Shown: positions 12,368 through 24,815 of the stretch, piece after piece | Numbering within the stretch: the first letter of the stretch is position 1 | Layout: each line of letters starts with the position of its first letter | NCBI GenBank assembly: GCA_951406725.2 | Contig: OX597820.1 | Coordinates: 55,242,001-55,306,000, forward strand | From: Octopus vulgaris | Lineage: Eukaryota | Length of the DNA stretch: 64,000 nt | Direction: 5' to 3' | Translations under genes and position numbers: made by a program | Notes under the pieces: generated by a model | Databases searched by the model: none | Seen by the model: only the letters and a program-made list of their open reading frames with translations | Told to the model about the DNA's origin: nothing

Positions 12368-14112
12368 ATCAATGAGGAAACTAGGGATAGATGAATGGTT
12401 AGTGAGAGCTATGCAAGCCATATACAGGGACACTGCCAGTAAGGTGAGGGTTGGCAATGAGTACAGTGAAGAATTCCGGATAGAGATAGGGTTCCACTAA
12501 AGTTCAGTCCTCAGCCCCCTCCTACTTATCGTAGTCCTCCAGGCAATAACAGAGGAATTCAAGACAGGATGCCCCTGGGAGCTCCTCTATGCTAACGACC
12601 TTGCTCTAATTGCTGAGTCACTATCAGAACTAGAGGAGAAGTTTCAAATGTGGAAACAAGGATTAGAATCAAAGGGTCTTAGAGTCAACCTAGCTAAAAC
12701 CAAAATCCTAATAAGTAGGAAGGCAGGCAAACCACAAATCCCTTTAGGTAGATGGCCTTGCTCGATCTGTAGAAAAGGCATAGGTAGAAACTATATAACA
12801 GGTACCCAGTGTAAGCTATGGACACATAAGAGGTGCAGAAATATCATAGGAAGGCTAACTGGGAAGATAGTTTTTGTATGTGGCAGATGCTCAGGAGCAT
12901 TAAACACTGAAAATGTGTAGAGAACAACTTCCGCTAGGGAGAAAAACTAGAAGTAGTTGATAGCTTCCATTACCTGAGTGACCTAGTCAGTAGTGGGGGA
13001 AGGTGCACTGAAAGTGTAGCTGCTAGAATAAGAATAGCCTGGGCAAGGTTCAGAGCTCTTACCTCTGCTGGTGAGAAAGGGCCTCTCGCTCAGAGTAAAA
13101 GGTAGACTGTATAACGCATGTGTATGAACAGCCATGCTAAATGGCAGTGAAACATGGGCTGTGACTGCTGAGGACATGCGTAAGCTCACAAGGAATGAAG
13201 CCAGCATGTTCATTGTGCATAGTTGACAGAGTGTTAGTGCCTTCAGACAAAGGTTGAACCTAATAAGCATCAGATGTGGTGTGCAAGAGAGACGACTGCG
13301 CTGGTATGGTCATGTAGTGAGAATGGATGTGGATAGCTGTGTGAAAAAGTTCCACACCCTAGCAGTTGAGGGAACCTGCGGAAGAGGTAGACTCAGGAAG
13401 ACCTGGGATGAGGTGGTGAAGCATGACCTTCGAACGTTAGGCCTCACCGAGGCAATGACTAGTGACTGAGACCTTCGGAAATATGCTGTGCTTGAGAAGA
13501 CCTGGCGAGCCAAGTGAGACCATAACCCATGGCCTATGCCAGTGGTGTAACCAGCCCATTTATGCCTATCTTTCCTTCATTGGACACTAAACTCTGCTTG
13601 CGAAGACCTGTTGAGGCAAGTGAAATCGAAATCAAAATTGAAATCAAATTCAATGACTGCACCGAATGACTTGCATCCGTGCTAGTGGAGTGCTAAGAGC
13701 ACCATCCGAGCATGATCGTTGCCAGAGCAGCTGATTGGCTTCTGTGCTAGTGGCACATAAAAAGCACCATTTGAGCGTGATCCTTACCAGTGTCGCCTTA
13801 CTGGCACGTGAAAAACTATTCAAGCAAGGTCATTGCCAGTGCCACTGGACTGGCTCCTGTGCAGGTGGCATGTAAAAACACCTTTTGAGCATGGTCGTTG
13901 CCAGTACCGCCTGACTGGCCCTTGCGCCAGTGACATGTAAAAGCACCCACTACATTCTCGGAGTCGTTGGCATTAGGAAGGGCATCCAGCTGTAGAAACC
14001 CTGCAAGATCAGAATGGAGCCTGGTGTAGCCATCTGGTTTGCTAGTTCTCAGTCAAATCGTCCAACCCATGCCAGCATGGAAAGCAGACGTTAAATGATG
14101 ATGATAATGATG
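12368..14112 (+). mobile_element. RTE-clade LINE, 5'-truncated (about 1.75 kb)
   Basis: RT domains GVH*SSVLSPLL...ELLYANDL (degenerate YADD), Cys-rich insert WPCSICRKG, C-terminus and (GAT)n tail. Confidence 0.9.
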
Positions 14113-14129
14113 GTCTATACATATACATA

Positions 14130-14350
14130 CATGAGGGGGTGCTGAAAAGTTCCTGGTTTTAAAGGTCTTGTGAAACGCCTGGTTGGAGTCCCAACCTTTC
14201 AAGTTCTTTTACAGGGCTTAGAAAAATCAAAAGACCATTGCAATGTGTGAATCTGAGAGAGGAATATGTTGAATGAAATCATAATTAACCAATCCCCTGT
14301 ATTTTCTTTTTTTTTACCTAAAGCCAAGAACTTTTCTGCAACCCCTTGTA
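14130..14350. mobile_element. mariner-derived MITE
   Basis: Termini 'gagggggtgctgaaaagttcctgg' and 'ccaagaacttttctgcaaccccttgta' are inverted; TA flanks. Confidence 0.7.
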
Positions 14351-14778
14351 AATACAAGACTTTAAAAAAAAAGTACTGAGGATCACTTAGTTCAGCTAAA
14401 AGCCCTTCAAGGTGGTGCCCCAGCATAGCCATAGTCCAATGACTGAAACAAGTAAAAGATAAAGTGCTAACTAATGCCAACGAGGAAAAATTGACAAAAA
14501 TGAAAACGAACAAATGAATGAATGAGATTGAAGCAAAGCAGATCTTTATAATTGCCAGGTGTATTGTTGGTTCCTGATTATTTGATTGGTCAGCTGCCAA
14601 CACAGCAACAACAACAACAACAGCAATATTTTGGCTCTTATTTTAGTAACTGTGTTTACTTTGTTTACCCTAATTTATAAGATCTTCATATCAAATAGTC
14701 TTTGATTGTGAGGCGGTCACACTTCAAACCCCTGAATGACAGCCAATGAAATAACACTGTATGTCAGTGACAACACTT

Positions 14779-14780
14779 AT

Positions 14781-14816
<36 letters not shown>

Positions 14817-15019
14817 CCCCCACCACCTTCGCCATCACCACCACTGTTCCTACCATCACCGTTGCCACCACAACCACCCACACCCACCACCACCACCACT
14901 GCCGCCACCACCACCATCACCACCACCACCACCACTGCCGCCACCATCACCACTACTGTGACCACCATTGCCGCTGCCATCACCACTGCTGCCGCCACCA
15001 CCACTGTTGTGATTGTGTT

Positions 15020-15053
<34 letters not shown>

Positions 15054-15123
15054 CACCATCACCACCACCACCACCACCACCACCACCACCACCACCACCA
15101 CCACCACCACCACCACCACTACT
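14779..15123. repeat. Compound (TAC)n/(CAC)n microsatellite
   Basis: Direct reading. Confidence 0.95.
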
Positions 15124-15639
15124 GTGTTTAGTAACTGATGCAAACAAAAACTTGAAACAGGATTTCCAGGTTGAATTGTCCTCTCCTCCTTAGACAAATA
15201 GAAGTTCTGTTGAATTGTAAACACCACTAGAACATTTTCCAGTGACCTTGCTTGATATAAGAGTGCCAACAACAGCAACAACAATAATCACACCTTGTAT
15301 ATCATCACTCCCCATGTAGTAGTGATGAAATGTAGATGAGTGGGGTCAATGCAATGACACACAATGATAAACACACACACACACATGTACATACACACAC
15401 AACACATCACAGAGACACAAACACACTCTCATATGCCAAATTTTACTCACCAGGCACTAGCCAAACCCAATCAACAATAGTAGACAATTATTAAAGTTTA
15501 TTTGCCAACATAACATGGCAGGCCAGCATAGGACTATGTTACTATTTTTTAACCCCAGGAAAACATCTTTTCTAGCTGGTTTATTGACACATGGTCAGTG
15601 TCTGAGATATACTATAAGTAGGTGGTCACGTGACCACCA

Positions 15640-15940
15640 CGTGACCAACCAGGTTATCAGATGTTGCTACACATCTCTGGTCACAATGCGCTTTGCATTG
15701 TTTTAGCCTTCAAATGACGCCACCCCACTGGCTAAGCGAGCAGGCCAACAGAAGAAAGAGTGAGAGAAAGTTGTGGCGAAAGAGTACAGCAGGGATCACC
15801 ACCACCCCCACTGCTGTAAGTTCGTGGAGTTTTAGGTGTTTTCGCTCAATAAACACTCACAACGCCCTGTCTGGGAATCGAAACCGCAATCTAAGACCGC
15901 GAATCTGCTGCCCTAACCACTCGGCCATTGCACCTCCACA
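15640..15940 (-). mobile_element. tRNA-derived SINE (family D)
   Basis: Minus head ggaggtgcaatggccgagtggttagggcagc...ggtttcgattcccagac with A and B boxes. Confidence 0.8.
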
Positions 15941-17818
15941 AGTAGTTAGTACTTACTCACATTACTAGATGGTGGGACTGAAATCAAAACCCAAAGCCCA
16001 AAACCACACAGCTGTAATGTGAACTTCTTTAAAATAGGGCAATACCAGCACACAAGCATGTATTTTAGTTTGAAAAGTAGAAGCGGCTCTGTATTTAGAG
16101 TTCAAATCATTTGTTTTGTCACTTGTCATTTCATTATTTTCTCAAATTAATTTTATTGTAAAACAGACAAATGATATTAGTCTTTAACTAGGTACAAGCA
16201 TAGACGTGTGGTTAAGATGTTCACTTTCCAGTCATGTTGTTTCAGGTTCAGTCTCACTGTGTGACAGGTTCAGTCTCACTGTGTTGTCTACTATGGCCTC
16301 AGTTTCACCAAAGTCTTGTGAGTGGATTAGGTAGACAGAAATTGAAGAAGCCTGTTGCGTGCACATGTGTGTGTATGTGTATGTGTATATGTGTGTGTAT
16401 ATGTGTATGTGTATGTGTGTGTGTATACATACATACATATATATATATGTACAAGTGAGTAGACAAATGAAAGAAAGGCACTCAACACATTTATAGGGAC
16501 TTACACATATGGATCCAAACAGTTTGATTCCAACTCCTTGGTACTCTGAGTTTCAAGCATGATGTTAATCTTTGACCATAGGAATTTGAAACAGAAAGTC
16601 AATGTTTATTAACAGACATTAACCTGCAATTGGTTGAGAAAGGTCATGCAGTGTCACAGACTGATGGTTTGATCCATACATATATATATATGTGTTTGCA
16701 CGTGTGTGTGTGTGTTGTGTGTGTGTGTGTCTGTAACTGTCCTCCACAACTGCTTGGCAACCAGTGGAGTTACTTACGCATAAATTAACAGTTCAGCCAA
16801 AAACAAAAAAAAAAAGCAACATAAAATAAGCACCAGGCTTTACGAAAATAAGTACTGAGGTCAATTGATTTAATTAAAAATTCTTCAAGCAGGTGCCCCA
16901 GCATGGCCACAATCTAATAATTGAAATAAGTAAAAGCTAAAAGGTGTGTGTGTGAGTGTGTGAGTATGTTTTTATGCCTCCTTGTTTTGTCATTGTGTGA
17001 TACAAGCAGTGTCATTTGTTTCTAATGTTCTGTTAAAATTTGTTTGGACATGGAGAAACATTATGTTACCTTGCTTGGAAACAAGTGAGAGTAGGTGACC
17101 AGAAGGGCATCCATCTGTAAATAATCTGAATTCCATTTGGTTCCTGCAAGCATGGATAAGTGGAGGGTAAAACAATGATGAAAAAGAGGAGGAGGGTGAC
17201 AACAACGATTATGATAATGACAATAATGGTGGTGGTGGTGGTGGTGGTGGTGGTGGCGGTGGTGGTGGTGGTGGTGGTGGTGGTAATGTTACTGATGAAC
17301 TAATAGTATCTTTTCTTATTGTATAAATTATTTCTAGTTAGCTTTTTCTATGTTCCCTATATGAAATATGTTAGCACTAACTTAACTACTGTTTTTCTTT
17401 TGTGAATGATGCCACTGGGTTATTTTGTTTCTAAACAATTCTTATTTTTCACAAGAGTGGTTTTCAAACTGAAAAATAACTGAGTACCAACCCCCATCCC
17501 TGCCCTCAAAATACACCTGAAAAATTTTTTTGTCACCTTCCACCTTTTGTATTAATGAGAAAACAGAATAGAGTTTACATCCATGTAATTCTTTTCTTTT
17601 TTATTTTTTGCCAAAGTGTTGGACATGTATAAAAAGTTAGAAACCAGCTATTAGAGGAAGATTATATTATTGAAAATGACCTTTAGACATCTGGTCTTCT
17701 TGTTGAGAAGTATTATATTGATCTGGTCAGCAAATTAACCTTTATTTCTTAGTAACTCCTGTTTATTTAAGTCTTACTTTGTTGTCAGGGCAAGTTATAT
17801 GGAGTAACTTCACAGTAA

Positions 17819-18026
17819 CCCTTTAGCATATCCAGCTCAAATATTCTACCTGTTTTATGATCAAACCAGCCAGATCTGATCTTTCACACCTACCCAACAA
17901 TGTTATTCTAAAAATGCAACAATGATGTTATTGAACTCTCAAAGCTATGAGATAATGCATAATTAATTCAAAACAATATCAATGAATAAGCTCAGCATTT
18001 GACAGAAAAAGCTGAATGCTAAAGGG
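17819..18026. mobile_element. piggyBac-like MITE
   Basis: CCCTTTAGCA...TGCTAAAGGG termini, right flank TTAA; a second copy at 23740-24369. Confidence 0.75.
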
Positions 18027-18572
18027 TTAAGGAATGAAATGCAAAATTTCCTGTAATTTCACAGTCCCAGCAAATAAAATGGAAAAGGCATTGCCCTGAA
18101 GGATGGTGAGGAAGATGTGCTGGAACAGCCACTCTGACTTAGGGGGCTAGCACTTGGGCTTACTTTTCTAAACATGGCAATTTGCCTGCCCTTTTCCAAT
18201 CCTTATAGGTGCTGCCAGGGTGGGAGAATAGACCACCACTGAGAAATACTATCTCAAACCAACAAATGTACAATTACTTTTTCACCATTCACTTTTCCTT
18301 GCTTGCATGAGTTGGATGGAGTTTATCGAGAGATTTTTTTTATGGCTGGATGCTCCTCCTAATCCTGATATCCTCACCTGTTTCCAAGCAAAGTGATATT
18401 TTCCCATGGTCAAACATTTTTTTGTTGAATATTGGAAATGAATGACACTGCTTGTATGACAGTGACAATCATTTACAACTGCTATACTATGTTAAATCAA
18501 GAAAACACAAACATACTCACACTCACACATGAATACATATGCACACATACACATAGACTCTATATCTATATC

Positions 18573-18606
<34 letters not shown>

Positions 18607-18624
18607 TGTGTGTATGTTTGTCAT

Positions 18625-19310
18625 TGTTCAGTTTTATTTCAAGATTTCTCGCCAATAGAATAAGATCCTGTTTCTAACATAGATTCAAGGCTTCTTCATT
18701 GGAATTTCAACATTGACAACATGTGTGTATATGTATGTATATGTGCAGATTTGTATATTTTGCTTTATATATGTATTCTCATGCATATAGACATATATCT
18801 AGAAATGCTCATATATATTTAAATGATAAACTTCTAGAAAGTTTTGTAGATTTTTACAGTTCCAGTGAGGGACTGGATCTGTAGTTTTCGAATTAGCTTT
18901 CTCCTTTCTGGTTTTGAGAAGCCTAATTTCTCAAGATTGGTATTTAGGCAGTGTGTTATATATCCCAGGACCCCAATAATTACAGGTATAAACCTGAACT
19001 TGTAACCTCATGCATAGAGTAACTGCAGATTTCTCAATAATTCAGTGTAGGTGTTCTCTTTTTCACTGATCTTCAGCTTTATGTTAACATCTGCTGGGCA
19101 GCTAATTTCTACAACAGTGCACAATTTCTCTTCTCTATCCCAAATCATTATATCAGGTCTGTTGAGCTTACATTTTATTGAGGTCTTCACTGGGACATTC
19201 TACCAGTACTCCTTTGTATTATGAGTGGTTATGGCTTCTACCATACTGTGGGTTCCTATTTCTTTGTCTTTGGGGTTTTCCTTCTGGCAGATTTCATTAT
19301 AGAGTGCCCT
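18625..19310 (-). mobile_element. Non-LTR retrotransposon 3' part with restriction-like endonuclease (second family)
   Basis: KCKLNRPDIMIWDREEKLCTVVEISCPADVNIKLKISEKENTYTEL, a PD-(D/E)xK-type RPD motif. Confidence 0.8.
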
Positions 19311-19507
19311 AGCTACAACATCCCTTGGTTGGATATGCTGTGAAGCTGGCATGAGTTATCTTGAAATGGGGAAAGTGTATATTATTGTGGTATCCCTGCA
19401 GGGATGGGGTGTGCAGTATGTGTAGCAGTGTCATTATGTATAATTTTTTCTGGGGTAGGTATATATAGCTGTGTTTGTTGGTCTGTTCTCTTTCTGTATA
19501 GGATAAA

Positions 19508-19700
19508 GTCATGGAGCTGGCAGAAACGTTAGCACGCTGGGCGAAATGCTTTGTGGTATTTCGTCCACGCTGCGTTCTGAGTTCAAATTCCGCCAAAGTC
19601 GACTTTGCCTTTCATAAATTAAGTACCAGTTACGCACTGGGGTCGATGTAATCGACTTAATACCTATGTCTGTCCTTGTTTGTCCCCTCTGTGTTTAGCT
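19508..19700 (+). mobile_element. SINE family B
   Basis: 'gagctggcagaaacgttagcacgctgggcgaaatgc...gttctgagttcaaattccgcc'; other copies at about 25312-25530, 61800-62000 (-) and 62527-62737. Confidence 0.8.
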
Positions 19701-19905
19701 GACTGGCACTCCACTGGCATTTGCTTCTGTGACCCAACAGGGATCCTGCATGGGAAACCATAGTCAGTTCCAGGAGGAGTATGGTTGCAAAACAGAAACT
19801 TACAGTTAAATATGATTGGACACTTACATTTCATTTTATCAGACACTTACATTTCATTTTATACTGCTTAGGTGTACCACTAATTAATTCATTATTTAAT
19901 TACAG

Positions 19906-20004
19906 GTATGAGTTATGTGATGCCAATCGTTGGAGGTTATATTTCTGATAGCATTTCAGGAAAATTTAATACCATTTATGGCTCAGGCCTCATCTACTTG
20001 TGTG
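19906..20004 (+). CDS. SLC15A4: SLC15A4-like POT/PTR2 peptide-histidine transporter, first exon visible in window (internal exon)
   Basis: ttacag|GT...TGT G|gtaaga; 99 bp, phase 1-1; (G)MSYVMPIVGGYISDSISGKFNTIYGSGLIYLC(G) matches the PTR2 GGxxxDxxxG(R/K) signature. Symbol is family-level. Confidence 0.9.
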
Positions 20005-20189
20005 GTAAGAAGAAATAAATTTTATTTCTGCCTTTAATCCTTTATGTCTCACCTTTCTTTCTTTCTTTCAGTATTTTTTATAATTATGATGATGACAGGT
20101 ATTTAGTGTATTGAGCTCTGAGAGAAGAGGTTAATACTTTAAACTCAAAATTTACTAAGATAAAACTATTGTACAACATTAAATCATAT

Positions 20190-20352
20190 ACATTATTTAC
20201 ATTTGATGGATATTTGCCCTCATCATGTTTGTTGTTAACACGTTTTGGTTTATATACCCTCCAGCCTTCATCAGGTGTCTTGAGGAAATTTCAAACCAGG
20301 ATTCTCATTCCTAAGGTATTTTTCGATGTTATTATTATTATTATTATTTTTA

Positions 20353-20383
<31 letters not shown>

Positions 20384-20538
20384 TATTATTCAGGTCTCTG
20401 CCTGGAATCGAACTCGGAATCTTAGGGTTAGTAGCCCATGCTCTTAACCACTACGCCATATGTCCATGGGCATATGGTGTAGTGGTTAAGAGCAAAGGCT
20501 ACTAATCCCAAGATTCCGAGTTCGATTACAGGCAGTGA

Positions 20539-20579
<41 letters not shown>

Positions 20580-20762
20580 TCGAAAAATACCTCAAGAATG
20601 AGAATCCATGTTCGAAATTTCCCCAAGACACCTGATGAACGCTGGAGGATATATCAGCCGAAACATTGTGTTAATAACAAACAAAATGAGGACAAATACC
20701 CATCAAATGTAAATAATGTTAATAATGTATATAATTCCTCATCTCTGAAATATAGAACTGTA
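20190..20762. mobile_element. Palindromic head-to-head dimer of a tRNA-headed element whose tail carries a hammerhead motif
   Basis: Arms 20190-20466 and 20467-20719 are reverse complements; tRNA-like heads at 20393-20458 (-) and 20475-20540 (+); CTGATGA core in each tail. Confidence 0.85.
20627..20672 (+). ncRNA. Minimal hammerhead ribozyme motif (degenerate)
   Basis: gacac CTGATGA acgctg gaggatatat cagcc GAAAC ATT gtgtt; stem I gacac/gtgtt; mirror copy 20236-20279 on minus. Confidence 0.65.
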
Positions 20763-21124
20763 TTAAATTATATGAGCAGTATCTGTGAAAATTCCATAGT
20801 TATTTTGAAAATTATAATATTGTTTGAAGGTTATAAGGAACTATGAAATATGTAATTTCTTTTGAAATTTTATTTTTTCTGAAGTATTTGAAAACTATTT
20901 TCTTTGTTATATTTCCTTTGTTATACACTTGTCACCTCTTCTGCCTTGAGAGTTTTGTTATGTTTATCTTTATGTCAATAAGTGAGTGTGCTCTAGAAAG
21001 AACTAAACACAATTGTTAATAAGAAAATACTGGTTCATGTCTCTTCACATTTCCATTGTGATAACATTATTTAAAATGATTGAAAATGTGTTGAATAAAT
21101 AATGTATAAAGCAAACATTTTGAA

Positions 21125-21530
21125 AGGAGTGGCTGTGTGGTAAGTAGCTTGTTTACCAACCACATGCTTCCGGGTTCAGTCCCACTGCGTGGCACCTTGG
21201 GCAAGTGTCTTCTACTATAGCCTAGGGCTGACCAAAGCCTTGTGAGTGGATTTGGTAGACGGAAACTGAAAGAAGCCTGTCGTATATATGTATATATATA
21301 TATATGTGTGTGTATGTTTGTGTGTCTGTGTTTGTCCCCCTAGCATTGCTTGACAACCGATGCTGGTGTGTTTGCATCCCCGTAACTTAGCGGTTCGGCA
21401 AAAGAGACCGATAGAATAAGTACTGGGCTTACAAAAGAACAAGTCCCAGGGTCGAGTTGCTCGATTAAAGGCGGTGCTGCAGCATGACCACAGTCAAATG
21501 ACTGAAACAAGTAAAAGAGTAAAAGAGTAA
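21125..21530 (+). mobile_element. tRNA-derived SINE family A, near full length
   Basis: ggagtggctgtgtggtaag...gggttcagtcccactgcg head, internal (TA/TG)n, tail 'gactgaaacaagtaaaagagtaaaagag'. Confidence 0.9.
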
Positions 21531-21605
21531 TCTTAATAATGGAATGAATTCAAAGGCATAATGCTTTAAGAAATCTTATATGTTGGATTGTATCTTTATT
21601 TTCTT

Positions 21606-22689
21606 CATCATCATCATTATCATTTAACGTCCGCTTTCCATGCTGGCATGGGTTGGACGATTTGATTGAGGACTGGCAATCCAGATGGCTGCACCAGGCT
21701 CCAATCTGATCTGGCAGAGTTTCTACTGCTTGATGCCCTTCCTAATTCCAACCACTCCGAGAATGTAGTGGGTGCTTCTATGTGCCATTGGCACGAGGGC
21801 CAGTCAGGTGGTATTGGCAACGGCCACACTCAATTGGTATTTTTTATGTGCCATCTGTACATAAGTGCCAGTAAGGTGACGCTGGTAATGATCATGCTCA
21901 AATGGTGCTTTTTACGTGCCACCATCATGGGAGCCAGTCAGCTGCCCAGGTAATGATCACGCTCGGATGGTGCTTTTAGTGCTCCACTTGCATGGATGCC
22001 AGTCATGGGGTGCTGTCATCGAATTTGATTTCAATTTTGATTTTCGATTTCACTTGCCTCAACAGGTCTCCCCAAGCAGAGTTTAGTGTCCAATGAAGGA
22101 AAGGTATGCATAAATGGGCTGGTTACACCCATGGCATAGGCCATGGGTTATGATCTCACTTGGCTTGCCAGGTCTTCTCAAGCACAGCATATCTCCAAAG
22201 GTCTCCGTCACTAGTCATTGCCTCGGTGAGGCCTAATGTTTGAAGGTCATGCTTCACCACTTCATCCCAGGTCTTCCTGGGTCTACCTCTTCCACAGGTT
22301 CCCTCAACCACTAGAGTGTGGCACTTTTTCACACAGCTATCCACATCCATTCTCACCACATGACCATACCAGTACAGTCGTCTCTCTTGCACATCACATC
22401 TGATGCTTCTTAGGTTCAACTTTTCTCTCAAGGTACTTACACTTTGTCGAGTATGCACACTGACATTACACATCCATCGGATCATACTGGCTTCATTCCT
22501 TGCAAATGTACGCATGTCCTCAGCAGTCACAGCCCATGTTTCACTGCCATCTAGCATGGCTGTTCGGACACATGCATCATACAGTCTACCTTTTACTCTG
22601 AGCAAGAGGCTCTTTGTCACCAACAGAGGTAGGAGCTCTCTGAACTTTGCCCAGGCTATTCTTATTCTAGCAGCTACACTTTCAGAGCA
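21606..22689 (-). mobile_element. RTE-clade LINE, 5'-truncated
   Basis: ORF 22156-22623 KGRLYDACVRTAML...WYGHVVRMD...GRGRPRKTW; (CAT)n tail on + strand. Confidence 0.9.
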
Positions 22690-22937
22690 TTTTTACAATT
22701 GATAGTCAAACACCTGTTAAAATCAGCCTTTTAATAATGTGTCCCGTGTGCCAATTAGAAAGCTGTCTTGAAATAAAGCTATTCTTACAATGATTGGTTG
22801 AACTTTGTCTTGACCATTGCTTCTGGTAATTGATTTCGGTTTGAATTCAACCTCTCTAAGAAGGTCTACTGTCAAGTTAGCTAGTAGCATTACATCTCAC
22901 CTTAGATAATTCTATGAATGGTGTCTTGTTGATGACT

Positions 22938-22977
22938 TGCTGCTGCTGCTGCTACTACTACTACTGCTACTACTACG

Positions 22978-23054
<77 letters not shown>

Positions 23055-23070
23055 CACCACCACCACCACC
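22938..23070. repeat. (TGC)n(TAC)n(CAC)n microsatellite
   Basis: Direct reading. Confidence 0.95.
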
Positions 23071-23739
23071 ATGTTCCATGCTGGCATGAGTTGGATGGTT
23101 TGACAGGCTCCAGTGGGCCCAAGAACTGCATTATGCTCCAGTGTCTGCTTTGGCATAGTTTGCTTCAGCTGGAAGCCCTTCCTAATGCCAACCACTTTAT
23201 AGTGTGTACTGGGTGCTTTTTTTTGTGTCACCAACACTAGTGAGGTTGCCATGCAGCTTGTAAGATAACATATCCAAGGGGGAGAGACTTTATTCCAGGA
23301 GATGAGGAGACGGGGTAAACTAAGAGAGAACCAGAGCAGAACAGGTTTATTGCTGTAGAGGAACTACATGACACTACTCCCATTTTAGAAGAAAGGTAGG
23401 GACTGATCAGGTGAAACTGGAAGGTAATAAAAGTAGTGGTGATTAGGTGTCAGGGTGAACCTTTGAGGCACAAGTTGGGTAGGAATGAATGGAGTAATGG
23501 GGCAGTTAGGCCAGGTGTGAATGGAGGAGTAGGGGATATATGATAGTGCAAAGCAGTAATGATGATATAGTAAACACACCACAATATTGTCTTTGTTGTG
23601 GTTATTTTTCTAGTTATTGTGTTATGTAGATATACATTTTATCTGCATATTTTGAACATGAAAAGCAAATGCTTTGAGTTCAGCTTTATATGTCTGATCT
23701 CTTAAGATTTTAATCAATTCAGTTTTTTTTTATCTTTAA

Positions 23740-24369
23740 CACTTTAGCATTTAAACTGGCCATATCTGGCCGAAATATTCTACTTGTTTTGTGGCTTCTC
23801 ACACCTAATCTACAATGACATTCTGAAAAATTGATACTTACCTCATCAAAATCTCATAGCTACAAGATATTGCATGATAATTCAAAACAATGTAAATGAA
23901 TAGGTGTTATATTTGTAGGATTTTATCTGTTATTTGCATTTGATGGGTGCCTCACATCTCCTTACATAGTTGTAGAAAGGAAAAAGTAGCAGGAACACGA
24001 ATTTCCAAACAAATAACATTAATAATTTATTTTCGCTGAAATAAGCATTTCATCTCTGGACATCGGTAGCGTCAACGCCTGGGGTAGGAAAGCAGCAGAG
24101 TCGGATTAAATCACAACTGTTGAAAGCATTATTCACAGCTCACCAAGTCTATCTGCCTTCACACGGAGCTTTGTTTGGTTGCGTCTGAATCCGTCAACAG
24201 CAGGAAGCAAAAGACAGAATAGCAGTAAAAGCTAGCTGCTGCTGATTACTGCGCATGCGCATAAGGGACTTCCAGCAGGCCTCCCGGAAGACACTAATCC
24301 TTGCACATGCGCAGATGAACATACCTGGCATCACTACATATTTGACAGTGTAATCTGATTGCTAAAGGG
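23740..24369. mobile_element. piggyBac-like MITE interrupted by a solo LTR
   Basis: TTAA|cactttagca...tgctaaaggg|TTAA; aligns with 17819-18026 once 23914-24338 is removed. Confidence 0.75.
23914..24338 (-). mobile_element. Solo LTR (425 bp)
   Basis: TGTAG...CTACA termini, 4-bp TSD TATT on both sides, AATAAA on minus (24026-24031), CpG-rich. Confidence 0.8.
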
Positions 24370-24815
24370 TTAATAATATTTCTTACCAGAATCTGATTCT
24401 GGATGAAACTGCATTCAAGATGTGGTCTCCCTAGTCTTGAAGAGTAATAGAAGGTTACTTTTGTCATTCACTGATTGAAAAAGTACTTATTATCATTCAA
24501 CTTCTTGACAGCAGATGCAGTGTATTTAAGGGGAAAAGCTTTTATTTTCAATGATCATACAAAGATATTTATCTTCTTCAAAATCTTCAATGATGTGACT
24601 TTTCATTTGATAAGGATATTTTGGATTGCATCAGTCAGGATTATTGCTATCAATTTAGTCAAATCCTGGAGTGCTCTTATTGTCACCCTGATTTTTACAG
24701 TCCATCACAAAAATATTGCAGATACTTTCAATTAATGGCAACATGTTGTTCTGGAAAGAAACAAGACTGAACCTATACAGAACTATGTATGATGCCATCT
24801 TTTCTTCTCTCCAGT

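Noticed and set aside
14736-15284. Poly-His/Thr/Pro/Val ORFs (also 22902-23252, 45023-45310, 2362-2632)
   Set aside because: Translations of microsatellites with no splice or homology support.
1-19905. First SLC15 exon with the ExxER motif
   Set aside because: No convincing phase-1 exon with this motif found by eye; probably upstream of the window, though a missed small exon cannot be excluded.
20393-20540. Two tRNA-like sequences (apparent ACT anticodon)
   Set aside because: No clean acceptor stem, embedded in a palindromic repeat with (AAT)n and a tail; these are SINE heads, not tRNA genes.
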